DNA of 47,029 nt from IMG/VR virus record IMGVR_UViG_3300025875_000772, positions 1 to 47,029 of that record; one strand, given 5' to 3'. Of the stretch, positions 43,677 to 47,029 are shown one piece after another. Source of the DNA: a virus (lineage: Duplodnaviria; Caudoviricetes). Every line of letters begins with the position of its first letter. Position 1 is the first letter of the stretch. A program made the translations under genes and the position numbers. The notes under the pieces were generated by a model. The model saw only the letters and a list, made by a program, of their open reading frames with translations, ran no database searches and was not told the origin of the DNA.

Positions 43677-44087
43677 ATGCGCAAGATTACACACCTGGTG
43701 GTGCACTGCACCGCTACCTCTCAACTGGCTACCGTTGCCAGCATTCTACAATACTGGAAACGCGAACTAGGCTGGAAGAATCCTGGCTACCATATCCTGA
43801 TTCCCCCAGATGGCCACAGCGTGCGTCTGCTGGACGATAGCTTGGTGAGTAACGGCGTGGCAGGGCACAATTCCACGTCCCTGCACGTGAGCTACATCGG
43901 CGGCATTGACGCCCACGGACGCCCCATGGATACGCGCACAGTGGCTCAGAAAGTGGAGTTGATGCGCATTCTCGTGCGTTGGAAACAGGCCCACCCCAAC
44001 GCCATTATTCAGGGCCACAAAGACTTCCCCGGCGTGAAGAAAGCCTGCCCCAGCTTCGAGGCCAAGGCTGAATACGCGCATTTGTAA
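43677..44087 (+). CDS. Endolysin, N-acetylmuramoyl-L-alanine amidase (T7-lysozyme-like)
   Basis: LVVHCTA, GWKNPGYH, GHNSTSLHVSYIGG, GHKDF..VKKACPSF. Confidence 0.95.
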   Translation: MRKITHLVVHCTATSQLATVASILQYWKRELGWKNPGYHILIPPDGHSVRLLDDSLVSNGVAGHNSTSLHVSYIGGIDAHGRPMDTRTVAQKVELMRILVRWKQAHPNAIIQGHKDFPGVKKACPSFEAKAEYAHL

Positions 44088-44118
44088 TTCACCACTTCAC
44101 CATCTCATCCCTTACACT

Positions 44119-44298
44119 ATGTTGCTCTGGCTCAAAAAATACTGGTACGTAGCCGTGTTGCTAGGTTACGCGCTGCTGTCTGCTCTCATCGGCATTAGCG
44201 ATGTGGCACGCAACAACGACTACTCGTCGTTCATTTTCGCTGCTATCGCCGCCGTGCTGGCGCTGGTGGCTTATGTCTTAGGTAAACGGTTCGGGTAG
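44119..44298 (+). CDS. 59-aa two-TM membrane protein missed by the ORF track
   Basis: MLLWLKKYWYVAVLLGYALL...FIFAAIAAVLALVAYVLGKRFG*. Confidence 0.7.
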   Translation: MLLWLKKYWYVAVLLGYALLSALIGISDVARNNDYSSFIFAAIAAVLALVAYVLGKRFG

Positions 44299-44299
44299 T

Positions 44300-44761
44300 A
44301 TGCTCTGGCTACTCGCTAATCTGTGGGCCGCAGCCGATGGCTTTTGCGACTCACTCTACTACGGCATGCTCGGTGCCGAGTCATTCAAGTGGAATGAACA
44401 CCAGGCGCTAGTGACCCGCCGCGCCCTGGTACTAGCCATGGCTATTGGCGCTGGCCTTGATGTGTTCTTGGTCGACGGTGGTAACGTGGTAGGCCTGCCC
44501 GTGTGGCTGCTCTGGCTGACTTGGGAAATGGCAGCCGTGGCGCTGTCGTTCAGCCTGTTCCACAATGAGGCATACAACTTTGGCCGGCTCTGGATCAAGG
44601 TGCAGGACTTCGCGCAAGCCCTCCGCGAATTCAAATTCAACTATCAAAGCCCTACTACTACGGCCCGCTGGGACTTCGACGGCCCGGTGCGCTGGTACAT
44701 GGCCGGCGGGGCCGTGCTGCTGCTGGTGATAGGAATGGTCTTACTCGCTCGACTTCACTAA
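44300..44761 (+). CDS. Multi-TM membrane protein
   Basis: Several hydrophobic helices; tightly packed in the lysis cluster. Confidence 0.7.
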   Translation: MLWLLANLWAAADGFCDSLYYGMLGAESFKWNEHQALVTRRALVLAMAIGAGLDVFLVDGGNVVGLPVWLLWLTWEMAAVALSFSLFHNEAYNFGRLWIKVQDFAQALREFKFNYQSPTTTARWDFDGPVRWYMAGGAVLLLVIGMVLLARLH

Positions 44762-44762
44762 A

Positions 44763-45371
44763 ATGAAATCTTATCTACTCCTTTTCTTCGGCCTGCTGAC
44801 CTGCTTTTGCATGGCTCTGGCCGGCTGCCAACGCGACTTGTCGCCTACCACCACCACGCTTGATCAGCAGCGGGAGCTAGCCAGCGTGCAGCTGGGTCAG
44901 CAGCAAGCAGCTGACACGCCGGCTGGCAAAAAAAATGTATCGATACAGCAGCCAGAAAGCGGCAATACCGGCTTATTGAGCGCTATTGTGAACGTTTTCC
45001 AAAAACCGGAGAACAAAAAAAATGTATCGATACATCAACAGAAATCGGGAAAGCAGAAGCTCAAAAACGTCACGATCAACCAAGTGGTAGGTGATGGCAA
45101 CAACTTGAGCAATGCCGGCAAGAAGTCGGACGGACCCACAGCTCAGGCCGCGCCAGCGGCTACCGTGCAGCAGGCCACGAGCGAGAAAGCCCCCGCAGCC
45201 GCGGCAGGCAACGACCTGCAACAGACTGTACCCGTGCAGGAAGCGACTGGCTGGAAAGCTGTGCTGGCGAAGTACTGGTCTACCGTGCTGTTGGTGATTG
45301 TCATAGGGGGCTTATGCTACCTAGGCTACAACCGCTGGCAGGCTAACCAAGTCAAAAAGCTGCTGGGCTGA
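44763..45371 (+). CDS. Lipoprotein with C-terminal TM helix (unimolecular spanin candidate)
   Basis: Lipobox LAGC; C-terminal WSTVLLVIVIGGLCYLGY. Confidence 0.7.
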   Translation: MKSYLLLFFGLLTCFCMALAGCQRDLSPTTTTLDQQRELASVQLGQQQAADTPAGKKNVSIQQPESGNTGLLSAIVNVFQKPENKKNVSIHQQKSGKQKLKNVTINQVVGDGNNLSNAGKKSDGPTAQAAPAATVQQATSEKAPAAAAGNDLQQTVPVQEATGWKAVLAKYWSTVLLVIVIGGLCYLGYNRWQANQVKKLLG

Positions 45372-47029
45372 TGCGCTACCTCTACACGCTTCTGCTATGG
45401 CTGCTGGTGGTGTGCAGCCTATCTGCACAGGTGCCAGCCGTCAGCTTCTCCGCGCCCATCACCATCACCAAGGGCGGCGTCTACACGGGCAACTACCGCA
45501 GCCTGGACAGCCGCACCCCTGCCGTGACGGTGGCCACCTCGGAGCCGGTAGTGCTCAGTCGCTGCGTGCTGGCCGGCGCTGGCGACCTGATCAAGTCCTT
45601 TGGCTTCGCCAACCTGACCATCATCAATTGCAGCGGCTACGGCCTGTCCCCGAGCATCGACAACGTACCACGTGGGCGCTTCCTGAATGCCTACAATGCC
45701 CGGCGCCTGATTGTACAGCACAATTATATGGAGGCCACCAGCGGCATGCTGGTAGACCGGTGGTCGGGTAATGACATTCCGGCCCAGCAACAATTGCTGA
45801 TCCAGTACAACAAGGGCCTGAACTGCGACAAGCGGTACCGCAACGGGGGCTTTGGTGACCACCGCGCGTTCCTGATGCTCAATACGGTGCGGTCGGTACC
45901 GGATGTGGATATCAGCTACAACGAGTTCATCAACCGACCCAATGAGAGTTTGGTTGAAGACAACATCAATATTTTCAAGTCGTCGGGTACACGTACAAGC
46001 CCGCTTCGGATTCACGACAATTACGTGCAGGGCGCCTACCCCGTGCCCGCCACGGCCTCTTCCTATACAGGCAGTGGGCTAACGTTCGACGGAGAAAGTC
46101 GGGAGGATGGCCGCCCTGCTACGGCTGCCACGGTACCCGCCTATGCAGCGGCCTACCAGAATCAGTTCGTGAGCACCTGCAATGCGGCCATGAACATTGC
46201 CAACGGTCACGATATTCACATTTACGATAACCGAGTAGTGACCAGCGGGCTGTTGCCGGATGGTAGTCAGCTACGCAGCACCTTTGCAGCGTGCTGTATT
46301 TTCAACGGCAGCAACCTGGGCAGTGATGTGTTTTTCGGCAACACCATCGGCAACAACCTAATCGGCTTCACACGTCGTGGTTATAAGTGGCCTTATGTAG
46401 ACCGCCACGATCAGGACGTAGTGACGGGCAAGAATCTGATGCCGTTGAATACCAACCGGCATTTCCCTGATGCGCCAATTACGCTGGCCGACGAACGGCA
46501 TGAATGGGAGCTGTGGCAGGCCAAGCTGAAGGCCGCGGGCATCACCGTTGGAGTTGAGCCTAGTAAGCCGTTACCCGTAGAGCTGACCTGCTTCGTGGGT
46601 CAGGTGGTGCGGAAGCAGGTGCTCATTAGCTGGCAGACAGCGACGGAGCGCAACAGCCACTACTTCGAAGTACAACAGGCCGGCGAGGACGGGGTATTCA
46701 CGCCCGCCATTACCATACCCGCCGCCGGTACCAGTCAGGCCCCGCGCGCCTACGAGGTAGCGGTGCCCCTGCCGGAGCAGGATAGCTACTGGCGCCTGAA
46801 GATGGTGGACCTAGATAGGAGTGTTGCCTACAGCCAGGTGGTGGCCGTTCAGTTGGTGCCGCAGGCTAAGCCCGTGCAACAGCAGTTATGGACGGTGTTG
46901 GGGCAACGGCTGTGGGTGCGGCCGTGGCAGGACACGGCGGACCTAGTAGGGGTAGCGCCGGGTCTGTACGTGTTGGTGAGCGTGTATGTGGATGGGAGGC
47001 GGGTTACGGAAAAAATAGCAGTCCGCTAA
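45371..47029 (+). CDS. Secreted right-handed beta-helix protein with LPVEL domain and T9SS-like C-terminal sorting domain
   Basis: Signal peptide; Asn-rich beta-helix repeats; PLPVELTCF...WQTATERNSHYFEV...MVDLD...YS; C-terminal LGQ...GLYVL...TEKIAVR. Confidence 0.8.
   Translation: MRYLYTLLLWLLVVCSLSAQVPAVSFSAPITITKGGVYTGNYRSLDSRTPAVTVATSEPVVLSRCVLAGAGDLIKSFGFANLTIINCSGYGLSPSIDNVPRGRFLNAYNARRLIVQHNYMEATSGMLVDRWSGNDIPAQQQLLIQYNKGLNCDKRYRNGGFGDHRAFLMLNTVRSVPDVDISYNEFINRPNESLVEDNINIFKSSGTRTSPLRIHDNYVQGAYPVPATASSYTGSGLTFDGESREDGRPATAATVPAYAAAYQNQFVSTCNAAMNIANGHDIHIYDNRVVTSGLLPDGSQLRSTFAACCIFNGSNLGSDVFFGNTIGNNLIGFTRRGYKWPYVDRHDQDVVTGKNLMPLNTNRHFPDAPITLADERHEWELWQAKLKAAGITVGVEPSKPLPVELTCFVGQVVRKQVLISWQTATERNSHYFEVQQAGEDGVFTPAITIPAAGTSQAPRAYEVAVPLPEQDSYWRLKMVDLDRSVAYSQVVAVQLVPQAKPVQQQLWTVLGQRLWVRPWQDTADLVGVAPGLYVLVSVYVDGRRVTEKIAVR

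Larger units (their letters stand above)
2086..47029. mobile_element. Temperate siphovirus-like prophage; right end not visible
   Basis: Immunity, replication, terminase, capsid, portal, tape measure, tail and lysis genes. Left edge inferred from the end of the host GH13 gene. Confidence 0.93.

Overview
Almost the whole window (about 2.1-47.0 kb) is one temperate, siphovirus-like prophage of a GC-rich Bacteroidota host. Hymenobacter-like is my inference from TAnnTTTG promoters, a T9SS-type cargo gene and base composition. It starts just after a host GH13 glycoside hydrolase gene. Gene order: immunity (repressor, Cro, antirepressor); recombination and replication (NUMOD4-HNH, extended Bet/RecT, two DEDDh exonucleases, initiator with iterons); small early genes; terminase; tail-completion and tail-fibre genes; an AT-richer 8 kb accessory island; minor tail genes; an inverted tape-measure gene; head genes; lysis genes; and a secreted beta-helix protein. 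Best candidates for undescribed biology: (1) a 6.7 kb integrase-bearing element nested in the tail region, bounded by a 26-bp direct repeat, whose first gene shares a domain with the prophage Bet and whose leader is covered by a predicted antisense two-hairpin RNA; (2) a shared late-promoter architecture (GTTACGCTTT boxes 44-45 nt upstream of a GGAnnTTYR element) in front of three separate structural operons; (3) a -1 frameshift gene after terL; (4) RelA/SpoT, HEPN-like and DUF6169-like morons. All family assignments come from motif recognition by eye; no database searches were run.
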